A stretch of 25,051 bases of DNA from Mycoplasmatota bacterium (lineage in GTDB: Bacteria; Bacillota_I; Bacilli_A; Izemoplasmatales; Izemoplasmataceae). Both the position numbers and the translations under genes were made by a program. The DNA lies in NCBI GenBank assembly GCA_030641535.1, contig DAOWHG010000052.1, positions 1 to 25,051 on the forward strand, in the 5' to 3' direction. The first letter of the stretch is position 1; every line of letters begins with the position of its first letter. Shown here piece by piece: positions 16,385 to 25,051 of this stretch. Under the pieces are notes generated by a model. It did no database searches. It had not been told where the DNA came from and worked only from the letters and a program-made list of their open reading frames with translations.

Positions 16385-17290
16385 TTATCCTTTAAAATAC
16401 TTGGATTTTATATTCGGTTTTACAATTATTTCTATTGCTTGCTTAATTACTTCAATATTTAAGTTCCCTGAATTAGCTTCTTCTCCATCCATATTCCATT
16501 TATGATGATGATCAGTATATATTTTCAATCTTGAAGTTCTAAAACGATGTACAAAAGGTAACATTCTCGGACCTAGAGCTACAGATAAAAAGTATAGTAA
16601 ATTGTTAAAGAAAGGGATATACCTGTATAATATTACATCCACATACCCATCATCTAATACGGGTCTATTTACGAAATCAAACCCAGCTATTTTTTGCGAA
16701 TTTACAACTAAAATCAAAGAAAAATATCCTCTAAATGTTCCTTGATCATGGACTATCTTTGTTTTAATCATTGGGATAGTAAAGAATTCTTTGATTCCTG
16801 TAATTAAATATGCAAAATATCCAAAATATTTCTTTAATCTAGAATCAGTAACATAAGATATATCAACATATGTCCCGATTGCTGTTACATATAGGAAATA
16901 TCCATTATTACTTTTTGCTATATCCATTTTAACCGGTACACCTTCCAGTATAATATCAACTGCTTTGCTTACTTTTTTAGGTATTTTCAATGTTGCAGCT
17001 AAGTCACAAGCAGTTCCAGAAGGAATATAACCTATTCTGGGTTTATACTTTGAGACAGCCATTCCATTAATACATTCATGTATAGTTCCATCTCCACCTG
17101 AAATAACAAGAAGATCATATTTATCTTCACAGACTTGTTTTGCTAAAGAAATAGCATGTTTTGATCTTTTTGTAGCAACTACGTCTACTTCATATCCAGC
17201 TTCAGTTAATCTAGAAATGACATAATCTAGATGATTAATAAAATCCTTTTTTCCACTTTCTGGATTATAAATAATCTTACATCTTTGCAT
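16385..17290 (-). CDS. Diacylglycerol/lipid kinase family protein (DgkB/YegS-like)
   Basis: IYNPESGK, GGDGTIHECING, IPSGTACD, NMDGE; start moved to ATG 17290 after SD AAGGTGA. Confidence 0.92.
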   Translation of the reverse strand: MQRCKIIYNPESGKKDFINHLDYVISRLTEAGYEVDVVATKRSKHAISLAKQVCEDKYDLLVISGGDGTIHECINGMAVSKYKPRIGYIPSGTACDLAATLKIPKKVSKAVDIILEGVPVKMDIAKSNNGYFLYVTAIGTYVDISYVTDSRLKKYFGYFAYLITGIKEFFTIPMIKTKIVHDQGTFRGYFSLILVVNSQKIAGFDFVNRPVLDDGYVDVILYRYIPFFNNLLYFLSVALGPRMLPFVHRFRTSRLKIYTDHHHKWNMDGEEANSGNLNIEVIKQAIEIIVKPNIKSKYFKG

Positions 17291-17315
17291 AATATCACCT
17301 TCTTCAGTTAATAAC

Positions 17316-17324
17316 ATTATAACA
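17316..17324 (-). promoter_or_regulatory. Extended -10 promoter (TGtTATAAT) for the lipid kinase operon
   Basis: Plus-strand ATTATA 17316-17321 with TG at 17324-17323 on the minus strand, downstream of the pta terminator. Confidence 0.6.
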
Positions 17325-17360
17325 TAATTGTATACATAATTGTTAAATACTAATTTAATA

Positions 17361-17397
17361 AAGAAAAGACTGTGAAATCGCTATTTCATAGTCTTTT
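17361..17397 (-). terminator. Intrinsic terminator after pta
   Basis: AAAAGACTGTGAAAT (17364-17378) / ATTTCATAGTCTTTT (17383-17397) stem with one non-Watson-Crick position. Confidence 0.8.
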
Positions 17398-17417
17398 TAG
17401 TTATAATATTAATGAAT

Positions 17418-18380
17418 TCAATCTATCAATGCTTGAGCAGCAGTTATAATAGCAGTTTTATATACATCTTCAGCATTGCACCCTCTAGATAAATCGTTTA
17501 CTGGACTATTTAATCCTGCCAAAATAGGTCCTATTGCTTCGAAATTACCTAATCGTTGCGCAATCTTATATCCTATATTACCAGAATTTAAATCTGGGAA
17601 AATGAATGTATTTGCATTTCCTGCAACTTTACTGCTAGGATATTTCTTTAATCCAACACTTGGAACAAACGCGGCATCAAATTGCATTTCCCCATCTATT
17701 TCATATCCTGAATTGCTTTCTTTAGCTATTTTTGTAGCCAAAGCCACTTTTTTGCTTTCATCTGTTTCTGCACTACCGTTAGTTGAGAACGATAACAAAG
17801 ATACTTTTGGTACAATTCCAAACATTTCGGCTGCTTTAGCCGATTCTATCGCAAACTCTGCTAATTGTTCTGCTGTAGGATTGGGATTAATAGCACAATC
17901 AGCAAAAATATACTTTTCTTCACCTTTAACCATTAAGAAATATCCAAATGTTCTTGATATTCCTGGTTTTGTTTTAATGATTTGTAATGCAGGTCTTACT
18001 GTTTCACCTGTTGAGCGAGTAGCTCCACTAACTAGTCCATCTACTTTATTCATATAAACTAACATAGTTCCAAAATAGTTTTCATTTAACAAGATTTTTC
18101 TTGCTTCATCAGTTGTTACTTTGCCTTTTCTGCGTAAAACAAAACTATCTACCATCTTATCAAAATCTTTATATGTTAATGGATCAATTATTTCACAAAG
18201 AGAAACATCAAACTTTTTAGGAATGTCATTTGCATTTCCAATTAAAATTGGCTTAAGCAAATCTTCCTTAGATAGTTTAATTGCAGCACTTAATATTCTT
18301 TCATCATGTGTTTCAGGAAACACTATTTTAAGCCCTTTTCCAGTGATTTGTTGTTTTAATTTATCAATTATATTAGCCAT
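17418..18380 (-). CDS. pta: Phosphate acetyltransferase
   Basis: KIVFPE, DGLVSGA, GETVRPALQIIK, FADCAIN, SFSTNGS, DGEMQFDAA, FPDLNSGNIGYK, NDLSRGC. Confidence 0.96.
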   Translation of the reverse strand: MANIIDKLKQQITGKGLKIVFPETHDERILSAAIKLSKEDLLKPILIGNANDIPKKFDVSLCEIIDPLTYKDFDKMVDSFVLRRKGKVTTDEARKILLNENYFGTMLVYMNKVDGLVSGATRSTGETVRPALQIIKTKPGISRTFGYFLMVKGEEKYIFADCAINPNPTAEQLAEFAIESAKAAEMFGIVPKVSLLSFSTNGSAETDESKKVALATKIAKESNSGYEIDGEMQFDAAFVPSVGLKKYPSSKVAGNANTFIFPDLNSGNIGYKIAQRLGNFEAIGPILAGLNSPVNDLSRGCNAEDVYKTAIITAAQALID

Positions 18381-18489
18381 TTAATCACTCCTAACTCATT
18401 TAGTTTACACCATTTATGTTTTTTTTCAATTCTTTTTATATAGATTTTATTTTTTTCTAGTTTATGATAAAATAGTTTTAGGTGATTTT

Positions 18490-19149
18490 ATGAAAAAACT
18501 AGACACAATTTTATTTGATTTAGATGGTACATTAATAGATACGAACGAAATAATTATTCAGAGTTTTATTTCATCTTTTAAAAGACATTTTCCCGATTTG
18601 TCTTTAACTAGAGAGAAAATTTCAACATTTATTGGTCCAACTTTGCATGATACTTATGGTAATTATACAAATAACCCAAAACTAATACAGGAAATGATTG
18701 ATTCTTACCGTGAATTCTATGTCAAATATGAGATTGGTAATTTCAAAATCTATCCTCAAGTAGAAGATGTTGTTAAAAAATTGTATAATCAAGGATATAA
18801 TTTAGGAATAGTTACATCAAAGTTTAAGGTTGCTGCATGGCCTAGCTTTACTTACTATGGATTGGAAAAGTATTTTAGTGTCTTTGTAGCATTAGAAGAT
18901 GTTGAAAATCCTAAACCAGATAAGGAACCAATTGTTGCTGCATTAAGCCGTTTCCCTTCGGTTAACAGAGCAATTATGGTAGGTGATAATCAAGGTGACA
19001 TACAAGCTGGTAGAAATGCAGGAATTTACTGTGCAGGAGTTGAGTGGAGTTTCAAAGGAAAAGATCATTTAATGAAGGTAAACCCTGATTTTATGTTGTC
19101 AGATATGAAAGATATCTTTAGAATTATTAAAATAATAGATGAGGAGTGA
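18490..19149 (+). CDS. HAD-IA family hydrolase, PpaX-like pyrophosphatase/phosphatase
   Basis: Motif I FDLDGTLIDT, motif II IVTSK, KPDKEP, motif IV MVGDNQGDI; extended -10 TGaTAAAAT at 18465-18473. Confidence 0.88.
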   Translation: MKKLDTILFDLDGTLIDTNEIIIQSFISSFKRHFPDLSLTREKISTFIGPTLHDTYGNYTNNPKLIQEMIDSYREFYVKYEIGNFKIYPQVEDVVKKLYNQGYNLGIVTSKFKVAAWPSFTYYGLEKYFSVFVALEDVENPKPDKEPIVAALSRFPSVNRAIMVGDNQGDIQAGRNAGIYCAGVEWSFKGKDHLMKVNPDFMLSDMKDIFRIIKIIDEE

Positions 19150-19153
19150 GAAA

Positions 19154-19564
19154 ATGGATTGTATTTTTTGTAAAATTGTAAATGGTGAGATTCCATCACA
19201 TAAAATTTATGAGGATAAGAATGTCCTTGCTTTTTTGGATATAACTCACGGAACTAAAGGGCATACCCTTGTTATACCAAAAAAACATGTGAAAAATATC
19301 TATGAGTTGGATGAAGAAACAATACACAATGTATTTAAGGTTGTTCCAAAAATTGCAAATGCTCTGAAAAAGGCTTTTAACCCTATTGGATTAAATATGA
19401 TAAATAATAACGATAGACCACATCAGAGTGTTTTTCACTTCCATATTCATTTAATTCCTAGGTACGAAAATGATGGTATGGAGCTATCTACAGTTAATAA
19501 CTATGGTAAATTTGAACCAGAATACTATAAATCATTAACTGAACTTATAATAAAAGAAATGTAA
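19154..19564 (+). CDS. HIT family nucleotide hydrolase
   Basis: MDCIFCKIV, GHTLVIPKKH, histidine triad HFHIHLIPR; ATG 19154 with SD GAGGAG overlapping the end of the HAD gene. Confidence 0.94.
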   Translation: MDCIFCKIVNGEIPSHKIYEDKNVLAFLDITHGTKGHTLVIPKKHVKNIYELDEETIHNVFKVVPKIANALKKAFNPIGLNMINNNDRPHQSVFHFHIHLIPRYENDGMELSTVNNYGKFEPEYYKSLTELIIKEM

Positions 19565-19590
19565 AAAGGATTCCAAATTGGAATCCTTTT
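19564..19590. terminator. Bidirectional intrinsic terminator between convergent HIT and aminopeptidase genes
   Basis: Perfect inverted repeat AAAAGGATTCCAA / TTGGAATCCTTTT. Confidence 0.88.
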
Positions 19591-19592
19591 AT

Positions 19593-20984
19593 TTAGCAAA
19601 ATAATTCTGTAAATGTTTTAACCATAACGCCTGTTGCTCCACCTTTTGCTGTAGAAGCAGTTCCGGCTATATCCAAGTGAATCCATTTTGTATCTTTTTT
19701 AATAAATTCTTCAATAAACGCAGCAGCAGTACTTGCCCCGGCAAGAGGTCCTCCGGTGTTTTTAATGTCTGCAACCTTGCTTTCAATCAATTTTCTATAT
19801 CCGCTAGAAATAGGCATTTCCCATACTTTTTCTTTAGTTTTTACACTCGCATTCATAAACTCTTTTAAGAAATCTTTATCATTTGTGAACGCACCAGTAA
19901 ATTCGTGTCCAAGAGCAGCAACCATTGCCCCAGTTAATGTTGCAGTATCGATAACTTTTTTTGCTCCTTCTTTTTGAGCAAACCATACTGCATCAGCTAA
20001 AGTAAGTCTTCCTTCTGCATCTGTTGAGATAATTTCGATTGTTTTTCCACTTGCTGCAGTTAAAATATCATCAGGCACAATTGCTCCGTCTCCGATTCTA
20101 TTATCTGTTGCTGCAACAATTGCCATTACATTAGCTTTTAGCTCTAATCGAGCAATTGCTTCAATAGCTCCTAATACAGCAGCTGATCCAGCCATATCCA
20201 CTTTCATTCCAGGCATACTTTTAGATGTTTTTAATGAATATCCTCCAGTATCATACATAACGCCCTTACCTACTAAAGCAGTTGGATCATCAAATTTGTC
20301 TTTTCCTTGGTAATTAACAAAAATTAATTTAGGTTCGTCTAAACTTCCTTTGTTTACCCCTAGGTAAGCTCCCATATTCATATCTTCAATCTCTTTTTTA
20401 TTATAAATTTTAACAGAAAGATTATCATATTTTTCTAGTTTCAAAGCATAATTAGCTAAATCAGAAGCATTAAGATAATTATAAGGTGTATTAACTAAAT
20501 CACGTGCATGATTTATACAATCTCCATATATATAGCCTTTTTTCACTACTTCGTAAATGTTTGTTTCTCCATAATAGAAGAAGTTTTTATCTTTATCTTC
20601 TTTTTTTGATTTAAATTTTGTGAAATTATAGTTTTCAGTTAATATCTTTTCTGACAACTCTTGCATAATTTCTAAATATGCGCCATTTTGAAAAGAATCA
20701 ACAATTATACAATTATCTTCTTTTAATTTCGCAATATTAGTAAATATTTTTTTCCTTTTTTTCGTATCTTCTAAAGCTTTTAAATTTACAACATGAAGCC
20801 TCTTTGATTTCAATTTTCCCAGAGTATATATAGTGGTAAATGGCTCAGTTGTTAATTCTTCTAGTTTATTATCTATCATTTTATTAATTGCTTTTACAAC
20901 ATCATTTTCTAAATTATTAGTTATTACAATATCATTTATTTCTTCTGCTAAATTAAATTCCTTTTGTTCTTTAATGTCTGTCAT
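19593..20984 (-). CDS. pepA: M17 leucyl aminopeptidase
   Basis: ALVGKGVMYDTGGYSLK, MKVDMAGSA, STDAEGRLTLAD (variant of NTDAEGRL), IDTATLTGA, WIHLDIAG; divergent N-terminal domain. Confidence 0.93.
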   Translation of the reverse strand: MTDIKEQKEFNLAEEINDIVITNNLENDVVKAINKMIDNKLEELTTEPFTTIYTLGKLKSKRLHVVNLKALEDTKKRKKIFTNIAKLKEDNCIIVDSFQNGAYLEIMQELSEKILTENYNFTKFKSKKEDKDKNFFYYGETNIYEVVKKGYIYGDCINHARDLVNTPYNYLNASDLANYALKLEKYDNLSVKIYNKKEIEDMNMGAYLGVNKGSLDEPKLIFVNYQGKDKFDDPTALVGKGVMYDTGGYSLKTSKSMPGMKVDMAGSAAVLGAIEAIARLELKANVMAIVAATDNRIGDGAIVPDDILTAASGKTIEIISTDAEGRLTLADAVWFAQKEGAKKVIDTATLTGAMVAALGHEFTGAFTNDKDFLKEFMNASVKTKEKVWEMPISSGYRKLIESKVADIKNTGGPLAGASTAAAFIEEFIKKDTKWIHLDIAGTASTAKGGATGVMVKTFTELFC

Positions 20985-20992
20985 AATTCCTC

Positions 20993-22270
20993 CTATTTTA
21001 TGATATCTGTTTTCATGTAAGGTATTAATACTTTTGGTATTACAATTGTACCATCTTCTTGTTGGAAGTTTTCTAATATTGCAACAACAGTTCTCCCAAC
21101 AGCTAGCGCTGAACCGTTTAATGTGTGAACATATTCGGGTTTTTCGGTCTTGCTTCTTTTAAACTTAATATTTCCTCTTCTTGCTTGGTAATCTTCAGCA
21201 TTTGAGATACTTCCTATTTCACGATAAGTGTTATAAGAAGGTAACCATACTTCTATATCATATGTTTTTCTCATTGAAAAACCTAAATCTCCAGTGCATA
21301 ACTTAACTACTCTATATGGTATGTTAAGTAATTTTAATACTTTTTCACTATTTTCAAGCATTTTATCTAGTTCAGTATTTGAATCTTCTGGAGTGGTGAA
21401 TTTAATTAATTCAACTTTATTAAATTGATGGACCCTAATAATTCCTCTAGTATCCCTTCCTGCACTACCTGATTCTTGTCTAAAGGCAGTAGTAAAAGCA
21501 CAATACTTAATCGGCAATTCATCAACTTCTAATATTTCATCTCGATGATAATTAATTGTCGGAACTTCTGCGGTAGAATTTAGATATAAATCTCTTTTAT
21601 CAACCACTTTAAATGCATCGTCTTCAAACTTAGGAAATTGTCCAGAAGCCACCATTGATGCTTTATTTATTATATATGGAGGAATTGTTTCAATATATCC
21701 GTGTTCTAATACATGCAAATCAATCATAAAATTGATTAGTGCTCTTTCAAGTCTTGCCCCTAATCCTTTATAGATAACAAAGCGACTTCCTGATATTTTA
21801 CTTGCTCTCTCAAAATCTAATATATCCAGTCTTGTAGCCAAATCCCAGTGAGGAAGTGGTTTAAAATCAAAAGTTGGTACATCTCCAACAGTCTTCATTA
21901 ATTGGTTATCCTCTTCATCATTTCCAATAGGAACATCCTCATTAGGTATATTTGGAGTTCTTAATAACTCTGAATGAATAAATGTTTCAATGTTACGTAA
22001 TTCATCCTCAAAGTTTTTTATTTCTTCACCGATGTTATCAACTTTTTTCAATATTTCTGAAACATCTTTACCTTCGCGTTTATATAACCCGATTTTTTTA
22101 CTTGTTTCATTTCTTAAAGCCTTAATTTTTTCTACTTGAGCAATAATTTCTCTTCTTCGCTCGTCTTTCTTAACTAAGTCATACAAATATGAGAAATCAC
22201 CATTTCTTCTGTTTAATAAATTTACATAATAATCTGTCTTTTCTCTAATTAATTTTAAATCTAGCATCAC
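20993..22270 (-). CDS. serS: Serine--tRNA ligase
   Basis: MLDLKLIRE coiled-coil arm, [66 protein letters not shown]; Ser T-box upstream. Confidence 0.97.
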   Translation of the reverse strand: MMLDLKLIREKTDYYVNLLNRRNGDFSYLYDLVKKDERRREIIAQVEKIKALRNETSKKIGLYKREGKDVSEILKKVDNIGEEIKNFEDELRNIETFIHSELLRTPNIPNEDVPIGNDEEDNQLMKTVGDVPTFDFKPLPHWDLATRLDILDFERASKISGSRFVIYKGLGARLERALINFMIDLHVLEHGYIETIPPYIINKASMVASGQFPKFEDDAFKVVDKRDLYLNSTAEVPTINYHRDEILEVDELPIKYCAFTTAFRQESGSAGRDTRGIIRVHQFNKVELIKFTTPEDSNTELDKMLENSEKVLKLLNIPYRVVKLCTGDLGFSMRKTYDIEVWLPSYNTYREIGSISNAEDYQARRGNIKFKRSKTEKPEYVHTLNGSALAVGRTVVAILENFQQEDGTIVIPKVLIPYMKTDIIK

Positions 22271-22283
22271 TGTAACCTCCTCT

Positions 22284-22492
22284 AAAAAAAATAAAAATCA
22301 CCCTTAATTTAAGGGCGACTTATTTTCGCGGTACCACCTTATTTAGGGGTTTCCCCCTATCTTGAGTGTTTTTTAACGGGAACAACCCGGGGAATATTAA
22401 TCCCACTCAGAGGTAGATTTCATACGTATATCTTTATTAGCTCTCACCATTGCTAACTCTCTTAAAAAGATAGTTGTATTACTTAGCCTCAT
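22284..22492 (-). promoter_or_regulatory. T-box riboswitch leader (Ser specifier UCU) with terminator
   Basis: GATGAGGCTAAGTA GA motif, AGAGA/GCAATGGTGAGAGC apex, specifier loop GAAA-TCT-ACC (22417-22415), T-box AAATAAGGTGGTACCGCG, terminator GTCGCCCTTAA/TTAAGGGTGAT plus a long U-tract. Confidence 0.92.
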
Positions 22493-22511
22493 CAGCGTAT
22501 TTCTTGTCTTG

Positions 22512-22540
22512 ATAATAACAAAATATCACAATTTTGTCAA
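22512..22540 (-). promoter_or_regulatory. Sigma-A promoter of the serS leader
   Basis: TTGACA (22540-22535), 17 bp, TGtTATTAT (-10 at 22517-22512). Confidence 0.8.
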
Positions 22541-22578
22541 TCAATTGATTACCTATTTAAAGCGATTTTTATAGTTAA

Positions 22579-22608
22579 CAAAAACAGACACTAATTTAGT
22601 GTCTGTTT
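22579..22608 (-). terminator. Intrinsic terminator after gyrA
   Basis: Perfect inverted repeat AAACAGACACTAA / TTAGTGTCTGTTT with a U-tract on the minus strand. Confidence 0.85.
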
Positions 22609-22617
22609 AAATGTTGG

Positions 22618-25051
22618 TTATTCTTTAGAATCAACCTCAATTGGTGCTTCTTGAGTGTTTACTTCTTCTAAATCAGTTTCTTCATCTTCATGTTTAGGAA
22701 CAACGGCTATTGTAGCCACTTTATGTCCTTCATTTAATTTAATTAAACGAACTCCTTGAGTAGATCTTTTAGATGTAGCAATTTGTTCTATTGGTAATCT
22801 AATAATCATTCCTTTAGTAGTTGTTATAATTAAATCTTCATCTCCTGAAACACTCTTAAGTTTAGTAAGTTGTCCATTCTTTTCGGTAATATTCAGTGTT
22901 TTAACACCTTTTCCACCACGGTTTTGTTGTCTATATTCATCTACAATAGTTCTCTTACCATAGCCATTTTCCGTTACTACAAGTATTTGATTTTCATCAT
23001 CTGTAACTATTGTGAATCCAATTACTTCAACTGGTTCACTAATTAAGATTCCTCTAACTCCACTAGCAACTCTTCCCATATGACGAACTGTAGTTTCACT
23101 AAATCTTATTGCTTTACCATTTGAGGCCCCTATAATCACGTCTCTAGTGCCATCAGTTAATCTAACTGCGAGCAATTCATCACCCTCACGAAGATTAATA
23201 GCTTTGATACCCGATGTTCTTATGTTTTTAAAATCCGATACTGGAGTTCTTTTTACTACTCCTCGTTTTGTTGCAAAGAATAAATAATTTTCACTTTCAA
23301 AATCATCTATTTTAGCCACTGCAGCTAACGTTTCTCCATCATCTAAATTCAACAAGTTAACAATTGGTAATCCTTTTGATGTTCGTCCATAATTAGGAAT
23401 TTTGTATCCTTTCATTTTATAAACTCTACCCTTGTTAGTAAAGAATAGTATAAAGTCATGAGTTGATGAATTGATAATATGCTCAACAACATCATCTTCA
23501 TTTGTTTTAATTCCTGTCATTCCTTTACCACCACGGTTTTGTGATTTATATACATCTGTATTCATTCTTTTACAATATCCACTCGATGTGATTGTAATCA
23601 TGATGTCTTCTACAGGAATTAAATCTTCATCTTCAATATCTAAATCAATTGATAAGCTTATAATTGATCTTCTTGGGTCTGAAAATCTTTCTTTAATATC
23701 TATTAATTGTTCCTTAATTATTTCATATTTTTTCTCTTCATGAGCTAATATATATTCTAAGCTCTCAATTGTGCTTGTTAATTCTTTTAATTCTTTTTCT
23801 AATCTTTCTCCCTCAAGCCCTGATAATCTTCTTAAACGCATTTCTAAGATAGCTTTAGCTTGTTCTGAAGACAATTCAAAGCGACTGATTAACTGAATTT
23901 CAGCGTCATCATATGACTCTCTTATTGTTTTAATAACTTCATCAATTTGTTTTAAAGCTTTTAATAATCCTACTAAAATATGAGCTCTAGATTTAGCTTT
24001 TCTTAACTCAAAAGCCGTTTTTCTAGTTAAAACTACTATTTGGTGATTTACGTAGTGAACTAAAGATTCTTTAATAGGTAATACTTTAGGTTGATTATTA
24101 ACCAAAGCTAACATATTAATACCAAAAGTTGTTTGAAGAGGAGTATATTTATATAAATTATTTAATGTAACATCTGCATTAATATCTCTTCTTAATTCAA
24201 TAACTACTCTAATCCCTTTACGGTTAGATTCATCTCGTAAATCAGTAATTCCTTCAATTCTTTTTTCTTTTGCTAGTTCTGCAATCTTTTCTATTAAGCG
24301 AGATTTATTTACTTGATATGGTATTTCTGTGATAATTATCGACTTTTTACCACTTCTAGTTTCAATTATTTCAGTTTTAGCTCTCACCTTAATAGAGCCA
24401 TTTCCTGTCTCATAAGCTTTTCTTAATCCTGTCATTCCCATAATTGTTCCACCGGTTGGGAAATCTGGACCTTTAATATATTGCATAAGCTCATCAGTAG
24501 TTATATCATTATTTTCAATATATGCTAAGATTCCATCAATTACTTCTCCTAAATTATGAGGAGGAATATTAGTTGCCATCCCAACAGCTATTCCTGTTGA
24601 TCCGTTAACTAATAAATTCGGGAATTTAGATGGAAGTACTGAAGGTTCACTTTCAGATCCATCATAATTATCAACAAAATCAATTGTATCTTTTTTAAGA
24701 TCAGCTAACATCTCAGATGTTATTTTATGCATTTTAGCTTCTGTATAACGCATTGCAGCTGCGCCATCTCCGTCTATTGATCCAAAGTTTCCGTGCCCAT
24801 TTACTAAAGGATATCTATAGCTAAATGTTTGTGCCATTCGTACCATAGCGTCATAAATTGCTGTATCACCATGAGGATGATATTTCCCCATAACGTCTCC
24901 GACAATACGAGCTGATTTCTTATATGTTTTTTCTGGATAAACACCTAATTCTTCCATTCCATATAATATTCTTCTATGAACAGGCTTCAACCCATCTCTA
25001 ACGTCTGGCAAGGCTCTTGCTACAATTACACTCATTGCGTAACTTAAAAAA
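22618..25051 (-). CDS. gyrA: DNA gyrase subunit A (5' end outside the window)
   Basis: Frame stays open to the edge ([16 protein letters not shown]); [17 protein letters not shown], catalytic AAMRYTE, GyrA-box QNRGGKG in the CTD (argues against parC), acidic C-terminal tail. Confidence 0.96.
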   Translation of the reverse strand, partial: FLSYAMSVIVARALPDVRDGLKPVHRRILYGMEELGVYPEKTYKKSARIVGDVMGKYHPHGDTAIYDAMVRMAQTFSYRYPLVNGHGNFGSIDGDGAAAMRYTEAKMHKITSEMLADLKKDTIDFVDNYDGSESEPSVLPSKFPNLLVNGSTGIAVGMATNIPPHNLGEVIDGILAYIENNDITTDELMQYIKGPDFPTGGTIMGMTGLRKAYETGNGSIKVRAKTEIIETRSGKKSIIITEIPYQVNKSRLIEKIAELAKEKRIEGITDLRDESNRKGIRVVIELRRDINADVTLNNLYKYTPLQTTFGINMLALVNNQPKVLPIKESLVHYVNHQIVVLTRKTAFELRKAKSRAHILVGLLKALKQIDEVIKTIRESYDDAEIQLISRFELSSEQAKAILEMRLRRLSGLEGERLEKELKELTSTIESLEYILAHEEKKYEIIKEQLIDIKERFSDPRRSIISLSIDLDIEDEDLIPVEDIMITITSSGYCKRMNTDVYKSQNRGGKGMTGIKTNEDDVVEHIINSSTHDFILFFTNKGRVYKMKGYKIPNYGRTSKGLPIVNLLNLDDGETLAAVAKIDDFESENYLFFATKRGVVKRTPVSDFKNIRTSGIKAINLREGDELLAVRLTDGTRDVIIGASNGKAIRFSETTVRHMGRVASGVRGILISEPVEVIGFTIVTDDENQILVVTENGYGKRTIVDEYRQQNRGGKGVKTLNITEKNGQLTKLKSVSGDEDLIITTTKGMIIRLPIEQIATSKRSTQGVRLIKLNEGHKVATIAVVPKHEDEETDLEEVNTQEAPIEVDSKE

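Noticed and set aside
17476-18057. 193-aa plus-strand ORF
   Set aside because: Entirely antisense to the conserved pta gene, with no recognisable motifs
22539-22550. 12-bp palindrome AATCAATTGATT next to the serS -35
   Set aside because: Almost all A/T, so expected by chance in this genome; no second copy seen in the window
22618-25051. Alternative call as parC
   Set aside because: GyrA-box QNRGGKG, a full-length CTD with acidic tail and the position upstream of serS support gyrA
1-25051. CRISPR array, tRNA/rRNA, IS, integrase or defence genes; use of genetic code 4
   Set aside because: No spaced repeat array, cloverleaf, transposase or integrase motifs seen. TGA terminates nfeD, the HAD gene and rnmV at expected lengths, and Trp is TGG, so code 11 applies.

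Overview
AT-rich (roughly 30% GC by eye, not computed), genetic code 11, housekeeping region, probably near the replication origin, of a Bacillota/Mollicutes-related bacterium. An Izemoplasmatales/Acholeplasmatales-like organism is inferred from composition, TGA used as stop, and no glmU between spoVG and prs. Most genes are on the minus strand. Read in that direction: gyrA (5'-truncated), Ser T-box-serS-M17 aminopeptidase, pta, lipid kinase-Fe/S aldo-keto reductase-rnmV-rsmA, ispE, spoVG, prs, rmuC, Asn T-box-asnS (split by a 1-nt frameshift), a 2-TM hypothetical, dnaX-ebfC-recR, a small membrane protein and a sugar-type ABC ATPase (3'-truncated). Two blocks are on the plus strand: (i) mnmE followed by a four-gene operon (126-aa unknown, NfeD/YbbJ-like, RDD, SPFH/QmcA-like), and (ii) a PpaX-like HAD hydrolase plus a HIT protein. 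I found no tRNA, rRNA, CRISPR array, IS or prophage. The best candidate for an undescribed system is the four-gene membrane operon. Its first gene has a tandem AbrB/MraZ-like strand pattern (inference) and lies under a sigma-A promoter with 10-bp-phased direct repeats. Also notable are the asnS frameshift, which contains an in-frame A_AAA_AAG slippery heptamer able to restore the protein, and an aminopeptidase apparently under serine T-box control.
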